Positions 14,001-27,577 of a DNA stretch of 64,000 nucleotides are shown here, in pieces. The stretch comes from Ascidiella aspersa (lineage: Eukaryota): positions 11,532,001-11,596,000 of the forward strand of contig OZ004610.1 in NCBI GenBank assembly GCA_963924565.1. Reading direction: 5' to 3'. The notes under the pieces were generated by a model that ran no database searches, was not told the DNA's origin, and saw nothing but the letters and a program-made list of their open reading frames with translations. Both the position numbers and the translations under genes were made by a program. Numbering within the stretch: position 1 is the stretch's first letter; the number at the start of each line of letters is the position of its first letter.

Positions 14001-17000
14001 AAACGACTTTGATGAATTTGAAATCGGCAGCGGTCAATTTACCAGGTTGTAAAACCACAATTGCTTCATCGTTAAACATTTACGTTATTAACATTCTATT
14101 TGTTGACATTATTTAAAGAGTTTATGAAGTTTAATACGCTACTACGTTAATGGCAAACCACAGCCGAAATACCTCTTGTCCATTTAGTTTAGGATCTCAA
14201 TCAATATTAATATCCGTCAGCTTGAAGTATAGATAATATTATTCGGATGCGGGATCAAACCAATGTAAAAACCAGATGTCCCTAGTTTAGACTTGATCAT
14301 AAAATAACCTTACAGAAACTGTTGCTGCCAGGCATAGTAATATAAATAAGAAAACAGCTTCTCTGGTAATTGTAATACTTTACCAACGCTTCGCCGAATG
14401 ATTCACCCTGACGAAGGCGACTTGCAAAGGTTTCCGAAACGTTTGGTAAAGAATAAAGAGACCTTTTCCGTGATTTTTAGCGAGGCAATCAAGCTGGAGC
14501 AAGTGACGCGTGACGACAACGTGGCCGAGTACTTGAAGCTGTCGGAAAACGCCGACAAGCAGCAGGCTGGAAGGATCAAGACCGTGTTCGAGAAGAAGAA
14601 CCAGAAGTCGAGCGCCACCATCAGCCAGGTAAATTGCGTTGTATCCGGCGTGTCAACACGGGACGTGGCGTTGTTTTTCACAGATGTGCGCAAAAACACT
14701 TTTTTTAGAATGTGCGCACATTTCAAAATCCCTTCAGCACATTTTTGAGATTATCTTAAAATTTCACATTCTGAAAAAAAGAGCGCTCATTGTGGAAAAA
14801 AGTGCGCCCATTTTTGAAGTTACTTTAAATTGTGCGCACACCTTTTGCACATTTCCGCGTGCTCATTTTTCTGCACATTGTGCAAAAAATGCTCGCTTTT
14901 CCGTCTCTGGCGTGTTGCTCGTTCGCGTTTGGTTTACATCATAATCTTCGGCGGCAGGCGGCGTAATTGAGCTTTGCGCAACAGTAGGAAACTCTTTCCC
15001 GCCGTTTCAATGTGATATTTGCTAAGCAAGTCTTGTGCTTGGCAATGTCTTACTTAACGTTTCCAACTTTTTCACCTAATAAACTATAAGCGTTTGTGTT
15101 TGTAGGGTTTTGTATTATCGTTGAAAGATTGATTACTTCAATTTGATGCCCCATTTGGGTTTTGTCGTGACTTGATGTTGAAATTCGTTGCTGATATATA
15201 TTTAAAAATGACGTCACCTTTTTACTATTAGTCGAGTGGTGAAGGGTGTCTTTAAATATTTGTAATTTCACAACTGTATTGCAGTAAACGACAGACATAA
15301 TAAAAAGTTTGGGCTTTATATTCCAACCGTAAAACAGTTATCCGTATTGATACAATAATTAAATAAAAAATCACGAAGGCTTTATGCAAAATATTGTGTA
15401 CCCCATAAAAACTGAAATTCACGAGCTTATAAAAAGGAACGCTACCAGCCAAAAACAAATTTACTTGGGTATGCAGCTATGCTAAGTATGCGAGTTTTTT
15501 TTAAAGCATATTCACAACAGCCTTAAGTATGCACTATGCAGGCTACATTGTACATCAACCTACGTTCTCCTATTTATATTTAGATGTCCAACGGACATAC
15601 ATCTTGTGTTGATCTTAAACAAATTACGTTCGCTGTGATCATTTTCCTTCCTTGTGGTATGCCAAGCAACGTTGCTTCAGACCGTTACGTTTGTTGTGCC
15701 TACTTTCTTAACGCGTCGCAAAAATATGACAGTTGATACTTTGCTGACACAGTTTGCAACTTTTGAAGCGCTGCAAGATACAAAAATTCGCCACGTGTCC
15801 AATGCAATTGGCATTCCGGGATCATTTCTACAGACGCGTGGGAACCATAAACTTAATGCTTAGCCTGAACATCTCTTTTTAGGCAATTTAGATGACTTGA
15901 AAATAAAATTGATGTTTAAAAGGTATAGGTCTTGAGACGACGGAATTCTCTCAATGTCTGTATTTCACGATTCTAAATACATTGCTTTAACTAAAACGGT
16001 ATTTTTACCTTGGCCATCGAACTCAATTGATTATTATTTGTTTTGTTTTTTCGGTAATATATATATTTTTTTCTTCCTCAATAGAGCTGCAGACAGAATA
16101 TTACAAAAACCTACATTGGTCTTTATAATTAATATAATCATGTACAACCCCCGTCGCACAAAACAGACTGAACTTATACAATTGGATCGCACATTTTCTT
16201 GTCGCGATAAAAGCTTTATCAAAGCTCTGGTTGGATGATTGTTATTATTTTTTAAGGGAAATAATATTTGATCTAGTTTGTACGAGTTAATACTTTTGCG
16301 AACTTGATCAGTGTACGCGATATATATCTACTATACGCGATAGTTATCTTCATATTGTACGATAATGTCGGCTAGCGTCCGAAAACCGATACTACACGGT
16401 TGTTGCATTGCGTCGATCCGATTACTAATTTGCGTGTTTTTGACGATCGGATTACTAATATAGATAAAGAAATTTTTATTTCTAAATAAGAAAGTTACAG
16501 AGATTATGGTAAAGATATTTGGTTAAAAATTAATTTTGCTATTATGGACTTTATATTAACGTTAAACCAAGGAATGGCGAAATACAACGGTAAACGGTTG
16601 TCTACTGTTCCCGATAGCTTTACAAATGAGTTTCCCCGTCAGTTGCTACCATTTAAAACTACCAGTTATTTTGAAAAGGTAATTTGTTTGTTCGTTTTAA
16701 TATCTGGTTTCAGTTTTCATTACAGTCCTAAAAAGACTTGGTGCTTTTATTGCACTAAACGTGTAACTGTAATTAGACGAGAGTTCTGAGATGTGTATTA
16801 AAGTATTCGTGCCACAGTGACATCTGCATTTACGTACATTATTTGTAGGTTTTCTTGTTTAACACCAACATTCGCACGCCATTGTGTATAACTTGACAGT
16901 AAAAAGTGAAATGGCGCTGGAGGTATGCAAAAAACCGTCCTGCTTTTCTACAAACGCGATAGTCCCATACCTGTTTAAAAATGAAAATTGAAACCTACTC

Positions 17001-20000
17001 ATATAACCTGTAACATGTTACTGGCGAACAACATAAAAATGGCCTACTTTACTAAAAGCGCAACTAGCACCGAACTGTAGGATATTGCGAAGGAGAAAGG
17101 TAATTTAATTTGTTTGATACTCGGGAACTTAAACTCGACTAATTGAGCCTAATTCATTCAATGTTTACTGGAGGCTGCGCTCAGAAAGTGCTTGCCACTT
17201 CCAAAGCGCCCCACAAACAACCGAGGCACCCACTTTAGTTGCCTACGTAGACCGGTAACAGTGTTCTGCTGTTCGCAGTAGCACACTTGCAAAGGACCGC
17301 GTTCTTTTCAGAGCACGCAATACCACCTCTGACGTGCACTGTTGTCACGTTGGGAATTGACGGCCCATGTCGACGCCGCGATGATATTAATTATTGAGTC
17401 ACCGCCGCCTATGAAACGCGAATCAGATTCGCCCTGTCCTTTCTTAATCAGCCTAGCCGCGTCGAAACCCATTTTGATGTTTAGTAGGGCTCTGTCGGAC
17501 AGCTGTGTATCGCACGTTGTAGTTAAGTCCCGGACTAAGGCTTCCTGTACAGAAACCCGATGCAAGTGCGGCATTTAAAAGTTAGTGGTTCAACGCATGC
17601 GCCTAGTCGAAACAGGAAATTGTTCGCGCTTAAATTCATATGAGGCCACGCTTTTCTGTCTGGAGGCCTCGGTGAAAGCTGTCATTAACAAAATAACCGT
17701 TATTTCAGAGCAGAATGGTCGGCTCATATTAATTAAGTAAAGTGAGGAAGTCGGTATCTTTGCAGTCCGCTTCTACCACACAGCTTACATAACTTCGATT
17801 TATCGGACATATACCTCTCTTGAGTCTTGCTGTGCCGCCGCGGGCCAGTCCTTTTAGCGCTTCTCTGTAGATGCGATTCCAGTTTCGAGTTATGCCGCTC
17901 GGGCTAGGTCCAGAAGTAGAACAGCAAGTTCCAGGTAAAAGTTTGCCGGATGTAGGGCAGCTCACAGCTGTTTTCTCGATATTTCGAAGTATGTTTGTTA
18001 GAGTTATGTAGGCAGCATACACTGCAAAGTGTAGTTTATTTTCAATTATTTAAATATAATTTGATGTGGTTATAATGAATGCGACAAATAGCCGTTGAAA
18101 AAATCAGTAACTTTTTTAAAAGTAAGATAGAAAATAAACAGCGGCAATGCTGTAATTTCTAATTAAAAATCCCCTTTAAAGCGATTCTACCGAAGTAAGC
18201 AAATGCAGCCATAATGCAAAATAACCATTTTACGAGCGACATGACAGCAATTCCGATTGCCTTCACTTATTGCGTTTTAGGAATGAAATCGATTTTTTGC
18301 CCGAAAGCCGCACTAAGTGATGGCCAAACATGCGAATACCGACGACCTGTCACAATAGATTTGCGCACATTGGCAAACAGACAAAACGATAAACGTCATC
18401 AGTTGGCTCAAACAATTATTTTATATTTGCCTTCGCTTTACTGACTGTAAAGGTAAATGTTTTGTAGCACCCAGTCAGTTGCTACTGTTCAGATTCGGAA
18501 ATGGTTGTTCAGAATATCGCGCTGTGCGAGTGTCTGTCTAGTTAAGGAACGCTATTCAGCCGGCTTAGTAGTGGCTTCGGCTGAGGAATGAAACGTGCAA
18601 GTTTAGACTGCAACAAAGATGGCCACCGAAGCGGTGACTGTACGGCGGCAAAGCCTGAGGTCGCGCACCACAAAACGCATGGTATGTTAAATAGGTTCTG
18701 GACAGAACGCTCTGGTTTCAAAAAGAGCTGTTGCTGGTAAGCTTTTGTTACATATAGTTTTTGGACAGAATGCTTTGTTGTTGGTTTTCCACCTAAAAAA
18801 AAGTAGTGTACGAAAAGCTAATATGTAGGTTGCCTCGAGTGTGGATGGGAAGTATCCCGTAATATGGGTGGGAATTGCTTGTAGGGCGCTTTCGAAGCTA
18901 GGTGGTTGAGTACGTCGCGTTCTTGGGGATTACATATTGAAGTACCAGGATTATTTCGTAATGCGTTTGCGGATTATCGGCCTGTTTGCGCTTTTTTAAG
19001 AAAATTCGAGTGTGACCTTACCTATTACAAGACTTCACCTTGTTTTGTTTTAATATTGCTTCAATGATTACCTGTTCCGAAATGATTTTAATAGTATTTT
19101 TGTCGATGTATTCCTTATTATTTCACCTAATTGCTATATTCCAGTTAAGAAAGGTCACAGTGTTCTGTTAACGTTACAGTTATGGCCGCCGACTCATAAC
19201 CTACATAACCGAGCGATACTTACAAATCCTTATCTGAAATTATGTGACGTCACACGTTTTTGCTCATGACAAGTGCCTGTCAACCACCCATCAAATACAA
19301 TTGCTAACGTGAACCGGTCTGTGATGACACCCTTTCTATGCATAACTGCATTTCTTACAGATGTTAAAAAAGGTCGCCATTTTGACCTAAAAATGGTGAA
19401 ACCGGATCCACTTCTATGGTCTAATTTCACCGTTTCTAAGTTTACTCATGAATGTGTCACATCGATTACGTCACTATACAAGTGGTTAGTTGGGCTTCGC
19501 ATAAAAAAGTGTCCTCCTATGTCAAAACACATTTTGGCCTGTATGAAGAAATCTGCTGATTTGACAAGTTAAAAAAACACGCAGTGCTTCACATTAAATT
19601 CTTTAGTATTATTTATTTCAAAACATTTTTTAGTTTAGTGTTATATTTATGTAAATTTAATCTCTGGAAAATAGGAAAGTAAAAATAAGCCTACGATATA
19701 ACGTTTGACTTATAATATCAACAAACATTATTTGGCATGCTCGCTCTCTTTGATATGTATATTTTTCTAGACCTTTATATTTTTTAACAATACAACGTAG
19801 CACCGTAATATAAGTAACTCGGATATTTATTATTTCTCTAAAAGCCTCTTACTCAGACATTCGGGAAACCCAGCTTGACCAATCCTTTCCTAACAAGTTT
19901 GAGCTCTGGAATTTCAGTATTTTATCATTGATTATTTATCGTTAATACCTTCTGATTAAAGGTTTCGATAATAGTTTCTATTTGGCTTGTCAAACATTTT

Positions 20001-23000
20001 CGAAATACAATATGATGCCATTTCTTTTCCACCTGACCTATATTATTAAATTTCATTAACAAACAAGGACGAAGCACTTCATTATGAATGATTTGTGTTT
20101 TATTACCAGCAAGTAAATGGTCGCTTGATGAGAAGTCATTCATCATATACACATGCTTTCCGCTTTTTATCGTGGCTATAGTACTGTTTTTTGTTAATTT
20201 GCCCCTGATGTGACGTAACGTCAATTCGATCTCATTACAACGAATACAATGTGTGCCTGCACGTATATTATAGTAACTGTGTTAACCAATAACAATCTAA
20301 AATATTAAGGCTTTTTGGCGGTTTTAAACGAACTTACGGGTATGTCTGGCGTAAAAAACTTGATAGATTGTTGTCTCACATAACCGTGGCGTATTTTTGA
20401 ACTTTTCCAGCTGCAAAAGAAACTCGATTCCTATCACCGCCGCTTGCGGGAGCTGGAGAGCAATAGCGGAGGTCGTCAGAGTCGACTGGGTTTGCGTGAC
20501 GTCGGCGCCAACCTTGCGGACAGCGTGCGGCAAGTTAGCAAGGTGAGAAGGACAGACGTGATTCAAATCTATTTATACAAGTGTAATTTAGCTCGGGTAA
20601 TTACGTAGCCATTTTTTGATTTATTACAAACTACAATAGATGTAAATCAAAGAGAACAGAAGTTCCATTTCTAATGTTAAATCAACAAAAAGTGTTTAAG
20701 TACTGTTGACAAATATTTTGGGTAAATACGATATTTTGAATAATTTTGGCATTTTATTCCAAACCTTACCATCGATTTTCTGCTTGGCCTTACATTTTAA
20801 TTTTGCGATTTGAACTTTTAAATAAATACGCTACATATATGTAACATTTACTTTAAAAAAAAAGGTGTAATTAAAAGTACTAGTCAAGTCTTTTCCATGC
20901 TAGATTAAATTCTTTTTTGTTCAAAAAAACGTCAAAAAGGGATAATAATAAAATAAATAATCGTGTAAGTAAACTTGTAGAGCTACTTTCCATTCATTCA
21001 ATGATGACTTATTTTCCACTTGTTCTGAAATACGTTTTGGTTTTTAGGGTTCACACTCGCCCACCGCAGTATCACATCGAAATTATCACGTTGTGTTACT
21101 TTGAGATTTTCAGTCAGTCAGGAATTTTCTTAACACCTTTCCTCTCGTTGCCAGGCAACCCAGAATGCAGCGGGCGCGATCGTGGCAAAGCCAAAGGACA
21201 TCGCGTATAAATTAAAGAACAAATTCGGCAGCGCCGATAACCTAAGTACGATGCGGTATGACGACGACCCAAACGACGGTAAGTGGACGAAGTCTTTTCT
21301 CTTTTGTGTGAAACTGTTGCCTTGTGTCGTTTTTTGTTTTATGCGGCAAAATAAGGCTTGTCGCGGCCTGCTTTCGAACGTTTTATGTTCATGCTATTTT
21401 ACAAACCATAGGTTTTGCCAAACTACAAGTCCGATTTTAAAGGTTATTAATTTAGAAATTAATGTTTTGGGCAAAATTTGTTAAAAATATTTAACTGTAT
21501 TAAAGGCATCCATAATGTTCTTTTCAAACATAGCATAAAAAACACCTATCTGCTGGGAAAAGATTAATTATCTACACTGTTGCGTTATATACCACAAGTG
21601 GCTAAAATTTTAGGCGAAACTAACCCAATAGCTCGTCCGTTCGCAGAATTCGTTCGTTACGGCAGTGCCGATGACGTCAGTTCCACGTCAGAGTCAATCG
21701 AAATGGCCGGCGGCGCCTCGAATGCCCTTGGCCACGATGACCTGGGACAGCCCCTGTTCGGGGCTGTCCCGGAAAGCCCCACGAGCGCTGCCTCGCGCAA
21801 AATCGCCCAGCAAGAAGAGGTCAACGCCCTTGCCAGAGACCTGCTGTCCGTGCAAGCCGAACTAACGGTGAGTAGGATTTTTTGTATAGAGTAGAGGTTC
21901 CTAAACTTTTGTAAAAAAATTTCCTGGTTGACCGTTGCAATTATTTTGACATTTCTCGGCCCTATTAAAAATTTAAGGATCAGTTGTTCTATGTTTCTTG
22001 TAGTAAACTAGTGCAGTCGCGATCCTTTCTAATGTAACAACTTTCTACCTAATGCGAACGACTTGCTGGTAGCAGGTAGTAGGCCTACAGCATAGTAGAT
22101 GCTTTCTAATGTCAAAAGAGACATCATAAAACACGCTATATTATCGAATTAATAAGCATAAATAAAGACTAATAATGATGACAGATATAGTGTTTAAAAC
22201 AAAGACTAATGTTTAAAAACATTCGCTAAAGCCTAATGTTGAAAAACTGACGAATTTTTCCCCGGACCCTCCGAAACTGCCGTACGGACCCCAGTTGATC
22301 CGCGGACCCCAATTTGGGAACCGCTGGTACAGATCCATCATGCTTATATAATTTATCAAAAATATTTGAACCATCGTTTTTGTGGTAAAATGCTTTAAAC
22401 TTTCTGTGACCTGATATCCGTATAAACCAAACTAAATGATTTTATCGAACCATCAGTTATATGCGGTTAAAACCTGTAAATACACCATATGGTTTTTATA
22501 AGCTAAAACACTTTGGGAAGTAAGGAATCTCCCGCACACTATAAAATGTAAAATAAATATTGTTGTTTTCGTATCAGATGATCTTAAGACTGTTTGTAAA
22601 AACAGATAAAACATACAATCATTTCTTAAAGTTTTACAGAACTATATATTTATATATATGTATATATATATATGTTTTTAAAAACGGACTTAAGATTGTG
22701 TTTTTATATGAGAAGCAATAAAGTTGACAACAACCCTTTGCTTCCTTTTGCCAGGCGACGCAACGAACTCACAACCAGCTGCAGTCGGAGTGGGAGTTGT
22801 GGAAAAATCACGCGAGGGACGAAACCTCCTCGCTTCTCTCCAGCGCCTTGCAAGAGGAAAGGTTTCGGTATGTTAATCTTGAATGTCAGGCTCTTGTGTT
22901 TTAAAGCGTGTTGAAATACGAAACCAATTAAATAAGGTCGAGCGGTTAAAAATAAATTAACGTACTTGTCAGTTTAGATCACACTACTTCACAGCCCAAG

Positions 23001-25520
23001 TTTTTATAAAAAAAATTGTTTTAATTTGTTTTCTACATGCCGTGAGATATGTATTGTTTGAGGGCAAACGTCGCTCACGAATTGGTCAGGTTTAAAGGGC
23101 TATGCCCTAAATATCTAAAATATAAGGCGTACTCCACAATAACTATAGCGGTTTGAAAGAATGGTCGTAGCTCCTGGTTTAAACAAACCATTTAATTTGT
23201 AGCAATATGTACAGCTTTTTAATCGTTTTTTTTTTTTGTAAAAACGAAAGTCGCAGATGTATGTTAAAAGCTTACCACAAAAGCTGTTGCGATTCTATTT
23301 GTGATCAAAGGTGCTAAAAACAGGGGGGAACCATAGCAGGCCCCGCAGTTTAAAGCGGTAATTTCACCTGGCTCAGCCTGCTTGTGTGAGAATCGCTCAT
23401 ATTGTATAGAAACATAAAATATATCTCTGATGCCTAATTTACTACGCGCCCGTGAAAACTGGTCGACAGGCAGGTGTAGATTCCAAGCTGGACTTTTTTT
23501 CGAACGAATTACTCAAACCTACCCATAGTTGATGTCGCTTATAACCAGCTTCCTTTTTTTCCACTCGCAGCTACGACCGCTTGGAAGAGCAGTTCAATGA
23601 CCTAACCGAGCTGCACCAGCATGAGGTCACCATGCTGAAGCAGGAGCTAACCAGCATGGAGGAAAAAGTCGAATACCACGCGCGGGAGAGGGCAAGGGAC
23701 GTCGAGGTTTGTTTAGGCGGGAAATTAGTCCACATTTTGCTCTGTATTGTTGCTGGTAACGCGCCGTTAACTCTATACGTATGGCTCACTAGCATGACTC
23801 CCTTTTTTAATGCAAACAGTGGCTTGAATATGGTGTGTTTTTAACATCGAGTAAATTGCTTTTGACGCAGTATTTCAGTACTGTCTGTCACAGCGTTTTA
23901 CATTTTTGACCAAAATGATAAATTGCGTTCAGTTCTAAGTTGTGTAGTGAGTGACAATTCGTTTAAATGTTAACAAAGTAAGTTTAATGTGTTTAAAACC
24001 ACGGAGAAATGAGATAACATTGGGCTTCGCCGAGACCTTAATTGACAGTTCATTTGCCAATAAATATATTTTAAAAGGGTCGCGATACAACTCATTGAAC
24101 CCGGCCACGAATTCCCCTCGTGTATTCTAATATAAATCAGATCACATTTCAACTCCAGTCCTCTCAAGTTTCCCCGCGTAATCATCAGACAAACAGTCAA
24201 ATCAATCAAAATTTATACTTACCTAAATCTTGTCGCCCATCTTCCGTCAGGAGGCGATAGAGAACTGCCAGACTCGCCTTGCCAAGATGGAGCTGCAGCA
24301 ACAACAGCTGGTGTCGGTCGAGGGACTCGAGAACGCGAACGCGCGCGCCCTGCTCGGCAAGCTCATCAACCTTCTGCTCTCGGTGCTTGCTGTCGTACTC
24401 GTGTTCGTTTCCACCATCTCCGGCCTTATCACGCCGCTCATGCGATCGCCGGTAAGGGAATGAGTTTGTGTGTGTTTCATATGTGTCCATTGAAGGTATG
24501 TCGGATAAATATGCTGTTGCTACCAGGCATAGTATAATAAAAATAAGTTCTTCTGGTATATATTTGTTAAACCAACGTTTCGGCTTACTATTGGCAAAGC
24601 CTTCATCAGGGAATGACACACATGGCCAACAGGACGTAAAAATAAAATGACCCAAAGAAAAAAGAAGAATTATTATTGTATGTCGGATACTATTGTATTG
24701 TATTTGTTTATATATTGCCTAGAGTACAGATTGATATCGGGTGTCGTCCAGGATTCGATAATAATCGACAAATCCTTGTAGGTCGATATACCGTATGCGT
24801 ATCACGTGTGAAGAAGTGAAGTATGTTTTATTGCGGAAAACCCTTGTAGTTTTGATTTCTGTTGAATGGCCGTCGTGAGTACAAGCAAGTAGCAACGCAT
24901 TTCATGCAGCCTCGTCCGATTTTTTCCTTGCGGAACTTGTATAGCGCGTGTTTACTACCAAAACACCGGTTATAAGTTAACTCAGTAGCCACAATATGTA
25001 ATTGCTGACTCTCCTCAATTTTAAGTGTTATTTGTAATCCGTTTGCTTTAAACACCCTTTTTATAAAGGTGTTCAAGTGATGATAAAGTTTGTCTGATAT
25101 ATTTTACGTTGTTTTAAGCTGCAGAAGCTGCAAATATATACATTTTACATGGTCTCCGATCTATGCGTCGCATACAAAGTTAGTTGAGTAACTAAAGCAA
25201 CAAGGTCCAACTATAGTTTGCCATTACTTACTGTGGCATTCTTTAATTGTTGTATGATAATGTCGTTTAGCAAATGAAGGCCAAGTTCCATTTTTATTTG
25301 AAACCGTATTAGATTCTGACCCAGTTGTCTTTGAAAAGCAAGAACGGGTTTACTCTATGCTGCCACATATTTCTCGAAAACGCGCGCACTCATTGCTAAT
25401 ACGGCCCACTGTATTTTGCAGGCTCGCATGCTGTCGACCTTGGCGGCCATAATCGCATTCCTGGTGGCTTACAAGAACTGGACATTATTCGCGAATTGGT
25501 ATTTCGAAGCGGCGAGGTAA
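2048..25520 (+). CDS. TMCC: Transmembrane and coiled-coil domain family protein (TMCC/TEX28 family), ~783 aa; join(2048..2962,5098..5236,12815..12938,14481..14628,20411..20542,21155..21278,21647..21867,22755..22867,23571..23706,24251..24451,25422..25520)
   Basis: GT-AG exons join in phase. Translation shows recognisable TMCC motifs: [146 protein letters not shown], then a second TM segment ending ...[15 protein letters not shown]. Linkage of the first two exons rests only on phase and coding-like GC content. Confidence 0.88.
3142..3482. mobile_element. hAT-like MITE in TMCC intron 1 (degenerate)
   Basis: Imperfect TIRs CAACGGTTCTTTAACT / AGTTTAAGAACCCCTG; subterminal GGTCCA(T/C)G motifs shared with 11701..11963. 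Confidence 0.6.
5808..9770. mobile_element. Non-autonomous foldback-type element with ~400-bp terminal inverted repeats
   Basis: 5808..~6207 is the near-perfect reverse complement of ~9371..9770 (AGGGGTCGTGACT...GTGACACCTGTCAC). GTGACAGG/CCTGTCAC motifs recur throughout; internal 94-bp (6278..~6520) and 180-bp (~9022..9381) tandem repeats; no long ORF. Confidence 0.85.
11247..11692. mobile_element. hAT-type MITE with perfect 8-bp TSD
   Basis: TIRs CGGGGGTGTCCAAC / GTTGGACACCCCTG, flanked by ATCTAGGG on both sides (11239..11246, 11693..11700); subterminal GGCACGC motifs. Confidence 0.9.
14320..14460 (+). repeat. Small interspersed repeat with a hammerhead-ribozyme-like core (14404..14447)
   Basis: GTTGCTGCCAGGCATAGTA is shared with ~24515 and (inverted) ~57470; CTGACGA-A-GG...CC-GAAACGTT core; 14376..14394 is an inverted copy of 14434..14455. 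Confidence 0.5.
18619..18681 (+). CDS. TMCC: Candidate alternative first coding exon of TMCC ([21 protein letters not shown])
   Basis: AAAG-ATG-G context, 21 codons, ATG|GTATGT donor in phase 0, matching the acceptor at 20411. Confidence 0.5.
21892..22326. mobile_element. hAT-type MITE in TMCC intron 7
   Basis: TIRs TAGAGGTTCCTAAA / TTTGGGAACCGCTG; imperfect 8-bp TSD GTATAGAG / GTACAGAT; subterminal GGACCC repeats. Confidence 0.7.
24505..24615 (-). repeat. Small interspersed repeat with minimal type-I hammerhead ribozyme core (24571..24613), Penelope-like remnant
   Basis: Minus strand reads CC-CUGAUGA-A-GGCUU-ugccaauagu-AAGCC-GAAA-CGUU-GG, with a perfect 5-bp stem II; the adjoining segment matches 57436..57498. 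Confidence 0.6.
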
Positions 25521-27571
25521 CGAACAGCCCTTTGGCTCCCTGCATTCATCAAAGTCGCCGACAGCAAGTCGTACGTTTGTCGCTGCATAAACGTTCTTCA
25601 ATTCGCTCATATATCGCGCACTGTTTGCGGAACTCGTTGTTGTATTACTTTGGTACCAGTCTTCACACGAGTGTACCACGTTGAGAGTATACGCGCTTAC
25701 TTTGACCGACTGTGCTGACTGTCATTTTGCACCGCTATTAAGAGCCATACGTCGCAGAAGTCTTTAGACGGCGCGTTTCAATTCGTATTTAGCCCTAATG
25801 TAGCGTCGCACTTGTTGTTTCCCCGCCATCTCCTTGCGTAAGGCGGGCAACGTAGGGCGTGTTTTAAAGCGGATACTTTTTTCTTAATGTATACCGAAGA
25901 ACAAATATTTTCAACTTATGCTTGCCGGTACTTTTACCTTTCCACTGTTACCTGAAAAACAGTATCGCCGCTCCACGTGTGCGACAAGCCATTTCCCTTT
26001 TTACGCGAGCAGGCAATTGCTACTGACCTTGATTTCCGTTGCTTCGATTTTCATGTGAAGGGAAGCCTGTTTGGCGATAAACCTCTTTATGTCAGTTGCG
26101 AATTGAAACTTTCGTTGTCAGAAATCAAAATAAGCCGTTTATTTTGATACGGGTTAAAAATGGTACTGTAAAGATAAAACAAAGCTCCGAATACATATCG
26201 CAAAAGGGAGTAAGGGCACTTTGGGTGTCATTATCGCTAAGCTGGCTACCCTTGCGCCCACGACATTCGCGAGTAACTAAAGAAAACACAAAGATGTAGC
26301 TCTTAATACAAAAGTATGGTTCGTAGTATTTGAATGCTCTTCGATGGTTTGAATGAACTTGTTTTGTCCCTTTTCGTTAAAACCTTTTACTTCTGCTGCT
26401 TCTATTAAAGTTTAACTGTATACTTTAGTAAGACCAAAAACGCCTGAGCCGAGTTTCGTTGGTTGTGCTCGAAGCGCCTGAATGCAATTGTCATACTTGC
26501 AAACAGCACTTATTTTGTCCAGGTTCATCCACTTGTACCACTTAATCGCATTACCACAACAAAATAACTAAACTAGCTACCTGTCAACTAGCCGACAGTG
26601 AATCGAATATACTTCTCACAAAACAGTCATTATCAACGAAGGACTCGTTTTTGCGTGCTCTTACTGATACAGGTGCCCCACTGTGACCTATATATACGAC
26701 AGCTGGTGGCGCCCTTAAGCCCGGCCCGAAATTGTTGCGTCACAGGTGCATATGCAATTTGTGTGTTGCGTTGGGGAAGACACAGTTTGTCGTTATTTCT
26801 GCGTCGCTTTTCCGACTCGCCAGTTTACTTACCTTCTTACGACCAAGTCGATTTCGCGCCCTGTCGCTTTCCGGCGCCGAATTATCTGTTGTTGTTTTTT
26901 TCGCTTGTTACTGCGTCGTTCGCAAGATTGCCGCCTATTCCCGATGCCTCGAATTACTTCTCAAATATATAGGAACACTAAACACGGATCTGTTTAGAAT
27001 CTTCAGTAGAAAAAGAGTGGCCCAAATAAATGATAAAAGGAATCTTTCTTCTCAAATATGTTTTGGTATTGTCACAAATCCGTCTTCGTATCAAGAGCCC
27101 AATAAATTCGGGGGACGATGTATTTCAAAATTGCATTGTTGCTTGAAATGTAATTTAAATTATTAATATACTCGTGTCCAGAAAAAATAATACAATCAGC
27201 TGGCTATAAAGGCAGCTGCGTTCTGATTTGGATAGCTCTTATGGTTGGTCATTTTTATTACGTGCCAGAAGCAACGTTAACTTATTTCAATTTTTGGGTA
27301 AACGCTTTTTGGCGAAAACCAACTATAGATGTTTGACGAAACACATTTGTGCGGGTGCTTAAGCGTAACAATGCGGTTTCTGGATTTCGGTTTTGCCATT
27401 GGCATCGTAACAGTGTATTCTTTCATAGGAGTCCGCTATTATTTCATTGAAAGTGACATTTGCTCCATTGTAAGCCTTGGCTTTTTTCTTTGCTACCGTT
27501 TGGCAACAGATATATTTTTGTGTGTAAATGTGCTTTATTTTTTCCGCCTACTGCGCTTCTTATTTATAAAA

Positions 27572-27577
27572 AATAAA
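27572..27577 (+). terminator. Probable TMCC polyadenylation signal
   Basis: AATAAA about 2 kb after the TMCC stop, followed by GT/T-rich sequence. Confidence 0.4.

Noticed and set aside
25496-25684. ORF as the TMCC C-terminus
   Set aside because: Wrong frame; the spliced frame stops at TAA 25518..25520 with a typical TMCC-length tail.
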